Assembly: GCA_002269645.1 (NCBI GenBank)
Contig: NIVC01002916.1
Location: 62,001 to 126,000 of the forward strand
Direction of reading: 5' to 3'
DNA from: Macrostomum lignano
Taxonomy: Eukaryota
DNA length: 64,000 bases
The notes under the pieces were generated by a model. The model was not told the origin of the DNA. It worked only from the letters and a program-made list of their open reading frames with translations, and did not search any database. Each line of letters begins with the position of its first letter. Position 1 is the stretch's first letter. Below are positions 53,354-64,000 of the stretch, one piece after another. The position numbers and the translations under genes were made by a program.

Positions 53354-54250
53354 ACAAGCTGTTGAAACCCGCGGATTTTGAACCCGGGGAATTCCAATCC
53401 CCGGAACTACTTTTGCATGTATTCTGAAATCTAAGGCCATACACAAACAAAAACTTGTTAATAGTTAGTAGGATAGAGGTAGACATAAAATGGAGCACAT
53501 TCGTGTAAAATTAGGATTTGAGGCAAACATTGATATTGTTGTCTGGGGTACTGCGCAGAATGTCAGGCAATGTCTGTCTGACTCTAAAACATGTATGGGC
53601 AAACTCTGGCCTCTCCCTGCCTCTCCCTACGTCCCTTGGATCCTTTAAAATTTCTATCGTCTCTTCTGTTTCCTCTCTTCTCTCTCGTCCCTCGTCTCTC
53701 CTCTCTCATCTCTCCTCTCTTCTCTCGTATCTTTCCTCATCTCTCTTCTCTTTCATCTCTCTTCTCTTTCATCTCTCTTATCTCATCTCATGTCTCTTCT
53801 TTTCTCTCTCCTCTCCTCTCTCCTCTCTACTTTTTCGTTTTCTCTCTCCTCTCCTCTCTCCTCTCTACTCTTTCGTTTTCTCTCTCCTCTCCTCTCTCCT
53901 CTCCCATCTTTTCTCGTATCTTCCCTCATCTCTCTTTTCTTTCATTTCTCTTATCTCATCTCTTCCCTCTTCTTTTCTCTCTCCTCTCCTCTCTCCTCTC
54001 CCCCTCTTCTCTCGTCTCTTCCTTCTCCTCTCTATTCTTTTCTCTCTTCTCTTAACTGTCTCCTCTACTCTCTCATCTCTCCTCTCTACTCGTTCCTCTC
54101 TCTCTCTCCTCTCATCTCTTCTTTCCTCTCTCCTCTCTCCCCTCTTCTCTCGTCTCTTCCCTCACCTCTTTTTCTCTCTCGCCTTTGGTCTTTCATCTTT
54201 CCTTTCTTTTCTTTTATCTTTTCTCTCTTATCTCTTCTCATTTCTCTCTG

Positions 54251-54320
<70 letters not shown>

Positions 54321-56269
54321 GTCTTTCTCTCTTATCTCTCCTCCTCTCTCTACTCTCTCCCCTCTCCATTCTCCTCTTTCCTCTCCTCTCTCCTCACTCA
54401 CTTCTCTACATTTGTCTCTCTTCTCTCCTCTCGTCTTCGTAATCTCTTATCTCTTCTCTGTTCTCTCTACTCTCCCATCTTTCATCTGTTCACTCTCGTC
54501 TCTGCTCTCTCATCCCCCTCTTTAATCTGGCATCTCAGTCTTATATGTTCTCTCACCTCTCTCCTCTGTACTCTTTTCTTTCCCCTCTTTTGACTCCTCA
54601 CTTTCCTTTCTCCTTACTTTTTTCTCTTCTCTTCCCTTTTCTATACTCTCTCTCCCTTTCTTCTCTCTCTCGAGTCTCCTCTCTCCTTTATCTCTCATCT
54701 CTCATTTCTCATCTCTCCTTCCACCTCTCTCATCTCTACAACCTTGGAGATGTAGAGATGTATCTTTATCTCTTCTCTCTTCCCCAGTGGTGGGAGTGAG
54801 GAGTGCCCATTTTTTTCGCGCCTACGATTTTTTTTCGCGCCGCAAGCTTTTTTGTGTCAATCTTTTGTGTCAACTCTCTGCTCTCCTCTCTGCTGTCTCC
54901 TCTCATCTGAAGCTCTCTGCTCTCATCTCTACTCTCTCCTCTCGCTTTTCCTCTCTCCCCTCTTCTCCCCCTCTCTCTCATCGTCCTCACCCCCTCATCT
55001 CTCCTATTATCTTTTATATTTTCTTTTATCCCCTCTTTCGCTTCTCCTCTCTTCGAATCGTCTATTCCTTCTTTCCACTCTCATCTGCCCCTCAGCCATA
55101 AGCTGGATTCTTTATCTGGCCACTGACATGGTTGTTCTCATGCTTTGATCACGTCATATTTCTTGCCAATTCGCAGCCCTGAAAGGAATTTGTGTATCTT
55201 CAGCTCTACTGCAGTTTGCATCAGTCTAACAACCAAGGAAATACGCATTTCTTAGGAGGCCATTTAAATTTTAAAGTACTTTTAAGAGAAACTTAAAATG
55301 TCCATGGTGTGCCTAATTTATTAGGGTTGTATTTCATTGCATCGCATCGCCTTTTCATAAATTTTTCGCTTTTACAAACCATGCTGGATTCCCTCGATTT
55401 GCCAATTGCCATCCACTGTTAAACTGCTGCAGAGTTTGCCAATACAGAGAGGAGGGCAGTGGTTAGAATTTCTCACTAAACTGTTATGGCTAAACGTAGC
55501 CTCTCCACTCTTGGGGTGCGAGAAGGCTATAAAAAAAGTTATTCCAAAACACTGTACATTTGCTATGTACATTCAGTCCTATCGCCTGACCCTTCGTCTG
55601 GCTCTGGGGAATGAGTGAGTGAGTGGCACAAACAACAGAAAAAGCAGACAAACTTCACATGCTTACAGTTTCTTTTTCGGTTGAGTTACAGAGTTGAAAC
55701 TTTACATTTAGATAGAGAATGAGTCAATGAAGAATTGTGTCAAGTTGGGAGTCAATCGCTTTACGTGGAGCAAACTTATAGCAGCTGAAAGTTAGTCAAT
55801 TTTGAAACCCTTTTACACATCTGGGCCCAGATCGGGATCGGGAAAGAGAGGCAGGCGGGCGGAGATTGGGGTGGTTGCTACGCTGAAAAAAACAGCCTAA
55901 CTTTAAAAGTGCACAGCACCGCTCAGGATTAACTTTGAGACTCGAAATTTTACACAATTGTGCCAAAATAGTTAAAGATTATCTGTGTCAAATTTGAAGA
56001 GAATCGGTAGAAGTGGAGCGGCGCTATGGAGGATTAAGTGAAAAAATCGCGCATTTTGAGCAGTTTTTTGTACTTTTAGGTAGGAAGACTCAAATTTAGG
56101 AAATTAAAAGGTAGCCTAAGACATTCTCCGTAGTAAGTTTAGGGTGGGTGTAAAGTTTGGTGTAATTTGGTTGAGCGGTTTGGGAGTCCATAGCGATCAA
56201 AATTGTCCACACACAGACAGACACACACACACACACACACACACAGAGTTTTGATTTTTATATGTAGAG
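53354..56269 (+). mobile_element. Helitron/Helentron-like element, copy B (head-to-tail with A)
   Basis: Same 5' 180 bp and 3' ~1.2 kb as copy A, joined with no spacer; the CT-rich core is independently expanded. Confidence 0.55.
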
Positions 56270-57566
56270 ATGGCAATTATTTCCAAAGAATACCACAGAA
56301 TGCTCATTCAGCCACTGAAGAAAAACAAATCTCAACGCAAAATTATTTCTGTATTTCTGAGTAGAAAGCTACTATTTCTGTGAAACTGTGGGAAAGCAGT
56401 AGGGAGTAGAATAATCACCATAAACTATATCACTCGCATGGGCTTTTGATTTTTACTTTGTGTTTTTGAGTTAATCATAGATCAGCAAAGAGCCATGCAC
56501 ATTCTTTTATTCACGGCGAAAAGCAGTGCAAGTAGTAATAATAATATAATTGACAAAATCACAAGCCCAGTACGCAGCTTACGGCTGCAATTCCTAAGCC
56601 TTACAAGTGACCGCCTTTGGCGTGCTTCTATGCATTTCCTTCTGGAGACAGTACGAGGTATGTAGTTTCAGATCAGAACAGTACATCGTTAAGTTAATGT
56701 CTCGTGGTGTGATTTTTCTTATTCGATTTTGAAATCGTTTCAGTGTTCAATCTCTCTGACATCTTCCAGGTGCGAAGACTGCAGGGCTTGCCGATTGTTT
56801 CGAGCTGACCTTCTGGGAAAATCAAACAAACACTAATGGTAGAGCGGTTGTGGCAGCTTACACACATCAGGGTCTGTACACATCAGAGATGTACACCCTG
56901 TCAAAATCAACGTCACGAGCCGGGAACGCGCCTTTGAAACAGTGCATATCCTACAATGAACCTTTACAAGGACGTTCCTGCTGAACGACACCGAAAGCCA
57001 CTGTTAGTTTGAAGCGTGTCGACTGAGGCACAGCCAGATCCTTGCAGTCCTGCTTCTGATCTTCACGATCCTCAACCAAGAGGAAGAAAGCTGCAACAAG
57101 GCAAGAACTGAATCGGAAGCTGGATGGTGCTTAGAAGTCAAGTGGCGAGGCTGAAACGCCAGATAATTTCTGTCAAGTCTAAGAATTCAACATTGGAAGC
57201 AGCTTTTCGCTGCAGCCGCTTCGCATCAAAATGCTTTTGTAATTTCCTGAAAAAAACTGAATCCAACTGCTCGTGCTGTTATTCAAGATCTAATTTTGAA
57301 TTATTTAAAGAGACTTAGACCTGTCTGCAGGACGTGTAATTTCATTTAATTTGCCACTGAGATAATTCACTACAGTCCTCGATGCCACTGCTACCTGCGG
57401 AGCATGGGATTTTGCTTGCCGTCTAGATCGACAGTACACAGAAGCATCGGAAACTGTATGCGACAGCCGGGTGTTTTCCTGTGATAGAATCAGCTCAGCA
57501 TGCTACTTCCATCGCGAGGTCAATGACGCCAGCGGAAAAAACTTGCACACTTAGTATCGATGGCAT

Positions 57567-58962
57567 GGGGTGCACGACAATTGACTGCCACAATTTGACT
57601 GCGGTCAATTTTAACTGCGGACAATTTGACTGCCGAGCAATTTGACTGCCGAGCAATTTGACTGCCGAGCAATTTGACTGCCGAGCAATTTGACTGCCGA
57701 GCAATTTGACTGCCGAGCAATTTGACTGCCGAGCAATTTGACTGCCGAGCAATTTGACTGCCGAGCAATTTGACTGCCGAGCAATTTGACTGCCGAGCAA
57801 TTTGACTGCCGAGCAATTTGACTGCTGAGCAATTTGACTGCCGAGCAATTTGACTGCACACAAAATAACTGCGGACAAAATGACTGCGGTGAATTTGACT
57901 GCCGACAATTTTACTGCCGACAAAATGACTGCGGCAACTTGACTGCCAGCAAAATGACTGCCTAAAAACACTCCAGTCTCTTTATTAATGATCGTATTTA
58001 TGCAAGGCTAGCAAGGCTTTTTACATGAGCAAAAATGGAAGCTACATTGGCTTTCAACAATACGTGCATGTTTATCTACTAGTAAAAGAAGCGTCATATC
58101 AAGAGAAGCGAAGTCATGTCAAACATAAAAGCCGTCATGTAAAACAAAAGAAAATTCATCAAACATAAAAGCAGCGTAAGGTTGCACATATAAGAAACGT
58201 AACCTAAAATATAAAGGAAGCGTCATTTAAAAATGTTTACGTCTTGGGATGTTAAGGCTTACGGGGGCGATTGCTGTGATTTTGAGGCTTACTGGGGGAA
58301 TTGCTGAGATCTCAATGCTTACTGGGGAATTGCTAAGATGTCAAGGCTTACAACGGGAAATTGCTGAGATGTCAAGACAAATAGGATACACATTTATAAT
58401 TTTCGTCTCTTGCTTATTGGCCGCCCCGAAGGGGTCGCAAGATTGCTATACTAATGGTCAAACTGATCTTTTACATGTAGCTGTGTTCAATGAATGCTGT
58501 TTATAGGGTTTTCTTTCTCCCATGTCATATTAATCTCATATTTTAATCTTATTGATTCTTTCAAATTTAAAAAAATGCCACATACTCCTCCTATCAGAAG
58601 AGCTTTATTAGGCCTAATCAAAGCTAAAGTTAGTGATACGCTAGCGCGCGGCTAGCTCTATAAGCAGCATTCATTGAACACAGCCACGCTGGTACATGTG
58701 GAGGATCCGTTTGAACATTAGTAGATATACATGCAAGTATTGTTGAAAGCCAAATGTAGCTTGCATTTTTGTTCATTGTAAAAAGTCTTGCTAGCCTTGC
58801 ATAAATACGATCATGAATAAAGAGACTGGAGAGTTTTTTAGGCAGTCATTTTTGGCAGTCATTTTGCTGGCAGTCATTTTGCTGGCAGTCAAATTGCCGC
58901 AATCATTTTGTCAGCAGTCAAATTGTTGGCAGTCAAATTGTCGGCAGTCATTTTGTCGGCAG
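57567..58962. mobile_element. Foldback-type non-autonomous element with long modular inverted arms
   Basis: 57964-58081 is the ~90% reverse complement of 58717-58845. Outer (tttgactgcc) arrays face (ggcagtca) arrays, and there is an inner IR pair at 58470-58507 / 58657-58700. The left arm has an expanded 16-bp repeat at 57610-57850. Confidence 0.75.
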
Positions 58963-59111
58963 TGTGGCGGCCAGACTACGCGACCGGCAGCACCAGTGCA
59001 GCCGCACTGGAAACCCCCCAACCTCTGTCTAGCTGATGTGGGGTGGTTGCGCACCAGCTTAGCCGGCTCCCTAAGCCAGGGGGTTGGCGTAGCCTATCAC
59101 GCCACGCCACA
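58963..59111. mobile_element. 149-bp TG...CA element (solo-LTR-like), truncating the foldback arm
   Basis: Termini TGTGGCG...CGCCACA; the first ~34 nt recur in reverse orientation at 36052-36093. Confidence 0.5.
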
Positions 59112-59551
59112 TGTTCGCACCTCCCTTGGCCCCTCATGAACCTCGCGCAGTTTGTTGTACATATAAATTTATACGCAAAGCAGCACAAAACTCATTCGAT
59201 CTATTGAAATTAAAAGGCCTTCCGCATTGATTTTGCATTTTGCATTTGAGCCTGACCAAAACTTTTTTGTTGCCCTTTGTTGCTATACATGCTACCATGT
59301 TACCGCATGCAAATGCAAAGTGCGCATACAAAATATGAAACGCGAATCGAATCCCTTGACTTGATAGAGTGGAGTGGAACTCGAAAGGAAGGAATCAGCA
59401 GACACCTATGCCGTATGCCCGTATGGTAAAAATTCAAGCAGCATCCAATCCAGTTGGCGGGCGCGGGCGGATTAGTGGGCCTGGGCCTAAGTATTAATGC
59501 ATGCAGCAGCTGGAGTTAGTTGATGAGCGCGCGGCATGCAGTTAAAGAGGC

Positions 59552-59557
59552 AAAAAA
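59552..59557 (-). terminator. Pol III T-run terminator of the 5S gene
   Basis: Six T residues on the minus strand at the 5S 3' end; the first T is the gene's last base. Confidence 0.85.
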
Positions 59558-59675
59558 GACAACAGCATTTGGTATTCCCAGGCGGTCACCCATCCAAGTA
59601 CTAACCAAACCCAACGTTGCTTAACTTCGGTGATCAGACGAGAACCGGTGTTTTCAACGTGGTATGGCCGTTGCC
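59557..59675 (-). rRNA. 5S rRNA, copy 1
   Basis: Minus strand reads GGCAACGGCCATACC..GATCACCGAAGTTAAGC..TTAGTACTTGGATGGGTGACCGCCTGGGAATACC..GCTGTTGTCT. 119 nt, helix I closes, followed by a T-run terminator. Confidence 0.98.
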
Positions 59676-59698
59676 ACTGGCTGATAGGAGCTGAGCTC

Positions 59699-59706
59699 AT
59701 AATTAA
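59699..59706 (-). promoter_or_regulatory. TATA-like element at about -24 to -31 of the 5S gene
   Basis: TTAATTAT on the minus strand at the position typical of 5S upstream elements; present in every unit. Confidence 0.4.
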
Positions 59707-59929
59707 CCTGAACCTGCAGCTACATGTATATACGGACCATACGGTACGGATCAATTGTGTGGGCCGCCTCTCGTCTATACTCTAATTATTGTAATATATA
59801 ATTAGTAATGCGGACGGATTTACCGCGCTCGTAGTATATAGTGAACTATAGTGGTGATTTGCAGTCAAGTCAAAGTCAACCTAACTAGCTCAACGCAAAC
59901 AGTAACGCGTACAGTCCAGCTTGACTCTG

Positions 59930-60212
59930 TATACTCAGCAACATTGAAAAGTCGCCACTCTATGCGCCAGTGATCAATTTGTCTTGGACTATTCTGAAAT
60001 AAAAGATGCCAGAAAAACTGATCGGGGTAGCTTTGATCCGTCCAAACCTCGCACACCGCTCCCCCACTCCATTCCTCAACTCAAGTCTGCCGTGGCGTAG
60101 CTGAGTTGCGTCGCTCGCAAATATTGAGAGAGACTTTACCTGCACTCTCTCAAAAGTGGCGACCACAGACGGAATCTTCTGTGATGGCGACTTTTCAATG
60201 TTGCTGAGTATA
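59930..60212. mobile_element. MITE, probably Tc1/mariner-type, in the 5S-SL spacer (also 61577-61859, 63224-63506)
   Basis: Perfect 28-bp inverted termini TATACTCAGCAACATTGAAAAGTCGCCA / TGGCGACTTTTCAATGTTGCTGAGTATA, including TA ends; no ORF. Confidence 0.75.
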
Positions 60213-60513
60213 ATTCATTGTTGGCGCCATCAACAAAGTTGTACATGTACATATGCACATCCGCACGCATAGAGCGATCTAAGAAATTACATTTGATTAT
60301 TGCAACTCGAAGAGATCTAGTATAGCCTAGTATAGCCTCTGTACACCGCGATGCATATGCGCGCTATATCATGCTATGCTATAATGGTGCAACAACTAAT
60401 TTACAACTTGCGGGTAAATAGAATATTTAGTTTAAAATAATTAGTAGGACACGCTAAATCCAGAATTACAATCAACCAACTATAATTAATTGATGTTGTC
60501 TTTAGCTTTGTTA

Positions 60514-60627
60514 GGCAGCCGCGGTAGCGCGGCTTGTCAAAAATTGAGTAGATCGCTCAATTGGATCCACGCGGTGTCTTACCATGCAAAATTAAGAGTC
60601 TTCGCAGTAAGAGACCGTCGATACGGC
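60514..60627 (-). ncRNA. Spliced-leader (SL) RNA gene, copy 1
   Basis: Leader GCCGTATCGACGGTCTCTTACTGCGAAGACTCTTAATTTTGCATG (60627-60583) ends in ATG and is followed by the donor GTAAGA, which pairs with TCTTAC. Sm site AATTTTTGA at 60545-60537; terminal hairpin AGCCGCG-CTAC-CGCGGCT. Ends are approximate. Confidence 0.9.
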
Positions 60628-61203
60628 AAAGAGACGAGCTGGAACCGGCTCTCACTGAGTGCACAGCTCTCCGTTTGAGCCTCGAGCCCTAGGGCAAATT
60701 ATTTTGTTGAACTTTATCTACTCCAAGTAAGTTTTGCCGACTAGTGCAGCATTATTTTGCACTAGAGCTTGAAAAGAGCTGCGCGAAAAAGTTTCTTTCT
60801 TTCTTTTAGCCGACATGTTTAGAAAGTGTGCACACAAACGCGCCTCCTAGTTGATTGATTGATGGCTATAAATCAAGTAAAATTCCCATGTGAGAAATGG
60901 AGATACTCGTAAAACTATTAATACACAGTGCATAAGTGCATTAGCGTTACCGCGTGCAAATGCAAAGTGCGCATACAAAATATGAAACGCGAATCGAATC
61001 CCTTGACTTGATAGAGTGGAGTGGAACTCGAAAGGAAGGAATCAGCAGACACCTATGCCGTATGCCCGTATGGTAAAAATTCAAGCAGCATCCAATCCAG
61101 TTGGCGGGCGCGGGCGGATTAGTGGGCCTGGGCCTAAGTATTAATGCATGCAGCAGCTGGAGTTAGTTGATGAGCGCGCGGCATGCAGTTAAAGAGGCAA
61201 AAA

Positions 61204-61322
61204 AGACAACAGCATTTGGTATTCCCAGGCGGTCACCCATCCAAGTACTAACCAAACCCAACGTTGCTTAACTTCGGTGATCAGACGAGAACCGGTGTTT
61301 TCAACGTGGTATGGCCGTTGCC
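61204..61322 (-). rRNA. 5S rRNA, copy 2
   Basis: Identical to copy 1, offset +1647. Confidence 0.98.
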
Positions 61323-62160
61323 ACTGGCTGATAGGAGCTGAGCTCATAATTAACCTGAACCTGCAGCTACATGTATATACGGACCATACGGTACGGATCA
61401 ATTGTGTGGGCCGCCTCTCGTCTATACTCTAATTATTGTAATATATAATTAGTAATGCGGACGGATTTACCGCGCTCGTAGTATATAGTGAACTATAGTG
61501 GTGATTTGCAGTCAAGTCAAAGTCAACCTAACTAGCTCAACGCAAACAGTAACGCGTACAGTCCAGCTTGACTCTGTATACTCAGCAACATTGAAAAGTC
61601 GCCACTCTATGCGCCAGTGATCAATTTGTCTTGGACTATTCTGAAATAAAAGATGCCAGAAAAACTGATCGGGGTAGCTTTGATCCGTCCAAACCTCGCA
61701 CACCGCTCCCCCACTCCATTCCTCAACTCAAGTCTGCCGTGGCGTAGCTGAGTTGCGTCGCTCGCAAATATTGAGAGAGACTTTACCTGCACTCTCTCAA
61801 AAGTGGCGACCACAGACGGAATCTTCTGTGATGGCGACTTTTCAATGTTGCTGAGTATAATTCATTGTTGGCGCCATCAACAAAGTTGTACATGTACATA
61901 TGCACATCCGCACGCATAGAGCGATCTAAGAAATTACATTTGATTATTGCAACTCGAAGAGATCTAGTATAGCCTAGTATAGCCTCTGTACACCGCGATG
62001 CATATGCGCGCTATATCATGCTATGCTATAATGGTGCAACAACTAATTTACAACTTGCGGGTAAATAGAATATTTAGTTTAAAATAATTAGTAGGACACG
62101 CTAAATCCAGAATTACAATCAACCAACTATAATTAATTGATGTTGTCTTTAGCTTTGTTA

Positions 62161-62274
62161 GGCAGCCGCGGTAGCGCGGCTTGTCAAAAATTGAGTAGAT
62201 CGCTCAATTGGATCCACGCGGTGTCTTACCATGCAAAATTAAGAGTCTTCGCAGTAAGAGACCGTCGATACGGC
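62161..62274 (-). ncRNA. SL RNA gene, copy 2
   Basis: Identical to copy 1, offset +1647. Confidence 0.9.
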
Positions 62275-62850
62275 AAAGAGACGAGCTGGAACCGGCTCTC
62301 ACTGAGTGCACAGCTCTCCGTTTGAGCCTCGAGCCCTAGGGCAAATTATTTTGTTGAACTTTATCTACTCCAAGTAAGTTTTGCCGACTAGTGCAGCATT
62401 ATTTTGCACTAGAGCTTGAAAAGAGCTGCGCGAAAAAGTTTCTTTCTTTCTTTTAGCCGACATGTTTAGAAAGTGTGCACACAAACGCGCCTCCTAGTTG
62501 ATTGATTGATGGCTATAAATCAAGTAAAATTCCCATGTGAGAAATGGAGATACTCGTAAAACTATTAATACACAGTGCATAAGTGCATTAGCGTTACCGC
62601 GTGCAAATGCAAAGTGCGCATACAAAATATGAAACGCGAATCGAATCCCTTGACTTGATAGAGTGGAGTGGAACTCGAAAGGAAGGAATCAGCAGACACC
62701 TATGCCGTATGCCCGTATGGTAAAAATTCAAGCAGCATCCAATCCAGTTGGCGGGCGCGGGCGGATTAGTGGGCCTGGGCCTAAGTATTAATGCATGCAG
62801 CAGCTGGAGTTAGTTGATGAGCGCGCGGCATGCAGTTAAAGAGGCAAAAA

Positions 62851-62969
62851 AGACAACAGCATTTGGTATTCCCAGGCGGTCACCCATCCAAGTACTAACC
62901 AAACCCAACGTTGCTTAACTTCGGTGATCAGACGAGAACCGGTGTTTTCAACGTGGTATGGCCGTTGCC
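62851..62969 (-). rRNA. 5S rRNA, copy 3
   Basis: Identical to copy 1, offset +3294. Confidence 0.98.
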
Positions 62970-63807
62970 ACTGGCTGATAGGAGCTGAGCTCATAATTAA
63001 CCTGAACCTGCAGCTACATGTATATACGGACCATACGGTACGGATCAATTGTGTGGGCCGCCTCTCGTCTATACTCTAATTATTGTAATATATAATTAGT
63101 AATGCGGACGGATTTACCGCGCTCGTAGTATATAGTGAACTATAGTGGTGATTTGCAGTCAAGTCAAAGTCAACCTAACTAGCTCAACGCAAACAGTAAC
63201 GCGTACAGTCCAGCTTGACTCTGTATACTCAGCAACATTGAAAAGTCGCCACTCTATGCGCCAGTGATCAATTTGTCTTGGACTATTCTGAAATAAAAGA
63301 TGCCAGAAAAACTGATCGGGGTAGCTTTGATCCGTCCAAACCTCGCACACCGCTCCCCCACTCCATTCCTCAACTCAAGTCTGCCGTGGCGTAGCTGAGT
63401 TGCGTCGCTCGCAAATATTGAGAGAGACTTTACCTGCACTCTCTCAAAAGTGGCGACCACAGACGGAATCTTCTGTGATGGCGACTTTTCAATGTTGCTG
63501 AGTATAATTCATTGTTGGCGCCATCAACAAAGTTGTACATGTACATATGCACATCCGCACGCATAGAGCGATCTAAGAAATTACATTTGATTATTGCAAC
63601 TCGAAGAGATCTAGTATAGCCTAGTATAGCCTCTGTACACCGCGATGCATATGCGCGCTATATCATGCTATGCTATAATGGTGCAACAACTAATTTACAA
63701 CTTGCGGGTAAATAGAATATTTAGTTTAAAATAATTAGTAGGACACGCTAAATCCAGAATTACAATCAACCAACTATAATTAATTGATGTTGTCTTTAGC
63801 TTTGTTA

Positions 63808-63921
63808 GGCAGCCGCGGTAGCGCGGCTTGTCAAAAATTGAGTAGATCGCTCAATTGGATCCACGCGGTGTCTTACCATGCAAAATTAAGAGTCTTCGCA
63901 GTAAGAGACCGTCGATACGGC
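63808..63921 (-). ncRNA. SL RNA gene, copy 3
   Basis: Identical to copy 1, offset +3294. Confidence 0.9.
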
Positions 63922-64000
63922 AAAGAGACGAGCTGGAACCGGCTCTCACTGAGTGCACAGCTCTCCGTTTGAGCCTCGAGCCCTAGGGCAAATTATTTTG

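Larger units (their letters stand above)
59299..64000. repeat. 1647-bp tandem array (5S + MITE + SL RNA), ~2.85 units, running off the window end
   Basis: Exact 1647-bp periodicity; similarity starts at gttaccgc 59299 (=60946, 62593). Confidence 0.97.

Noticed and set aside
59425-59440. GAATTTTTAC (minus strand) as the Sm site of a third small RNA
   Set aside because: It lacks the G after the U-run, and no snRNA-like structure could be built around it.
59975-60015. AATTTGTCTTG in the MITE as a U7 snRNA Sm site
   Set aside because: One mismatch to AAUUUGUCUAG, no convincing 3' stem-loop, and it lies inside a TIR element.
59542-63972. Short ORFs recurring every 1647 bp
   Set aside because: They overlap the 5S gene, the MITE and the SL gene (one antisense); no protein motif.

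Overview
Eukaryotic genomic DNA, most likely a Macrostomum-type flatworm. This is inferred from the GC/Ala-rich exons, introns that are almost all filled with private minisatellites, and a spliced leader that ends in AUG. Three spliced genes can be reconstructed with phase-consistent junctions: the 3' part of Rictor (+, 482-6236), a PLEKHG5-like DH-PH RhoGEF (-, core 15867-10267, with probable extra exons up to ~27 kb) and a class-2 DYRK kinase (DYRK2-like, -, ~47.8 kb-39524). From 44 to 59 kb there is mostly transposon debris: a Gypsy gag relic, a CpG-depleted AT island, a MITE, two head-to-tail Helitron-like elements and a foldback element. The main discovery is at 59.3-64 kb, the edge of a 1647-bp tandem array. 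Each unit carries a 5S rRNA gene, a spliced-leader (SL) RNA gene on the same (minus) strand, and a TA-flanked MITE between them. The SL gene has a 45-nt leader ending in AUG, a GU donor, an Sm site and a terminal hairpin. Most ORFs in the supplied track are repeat artefacts. All alignments and structures were done by eye; homology calls rest on recalled family motifs, not database searches.
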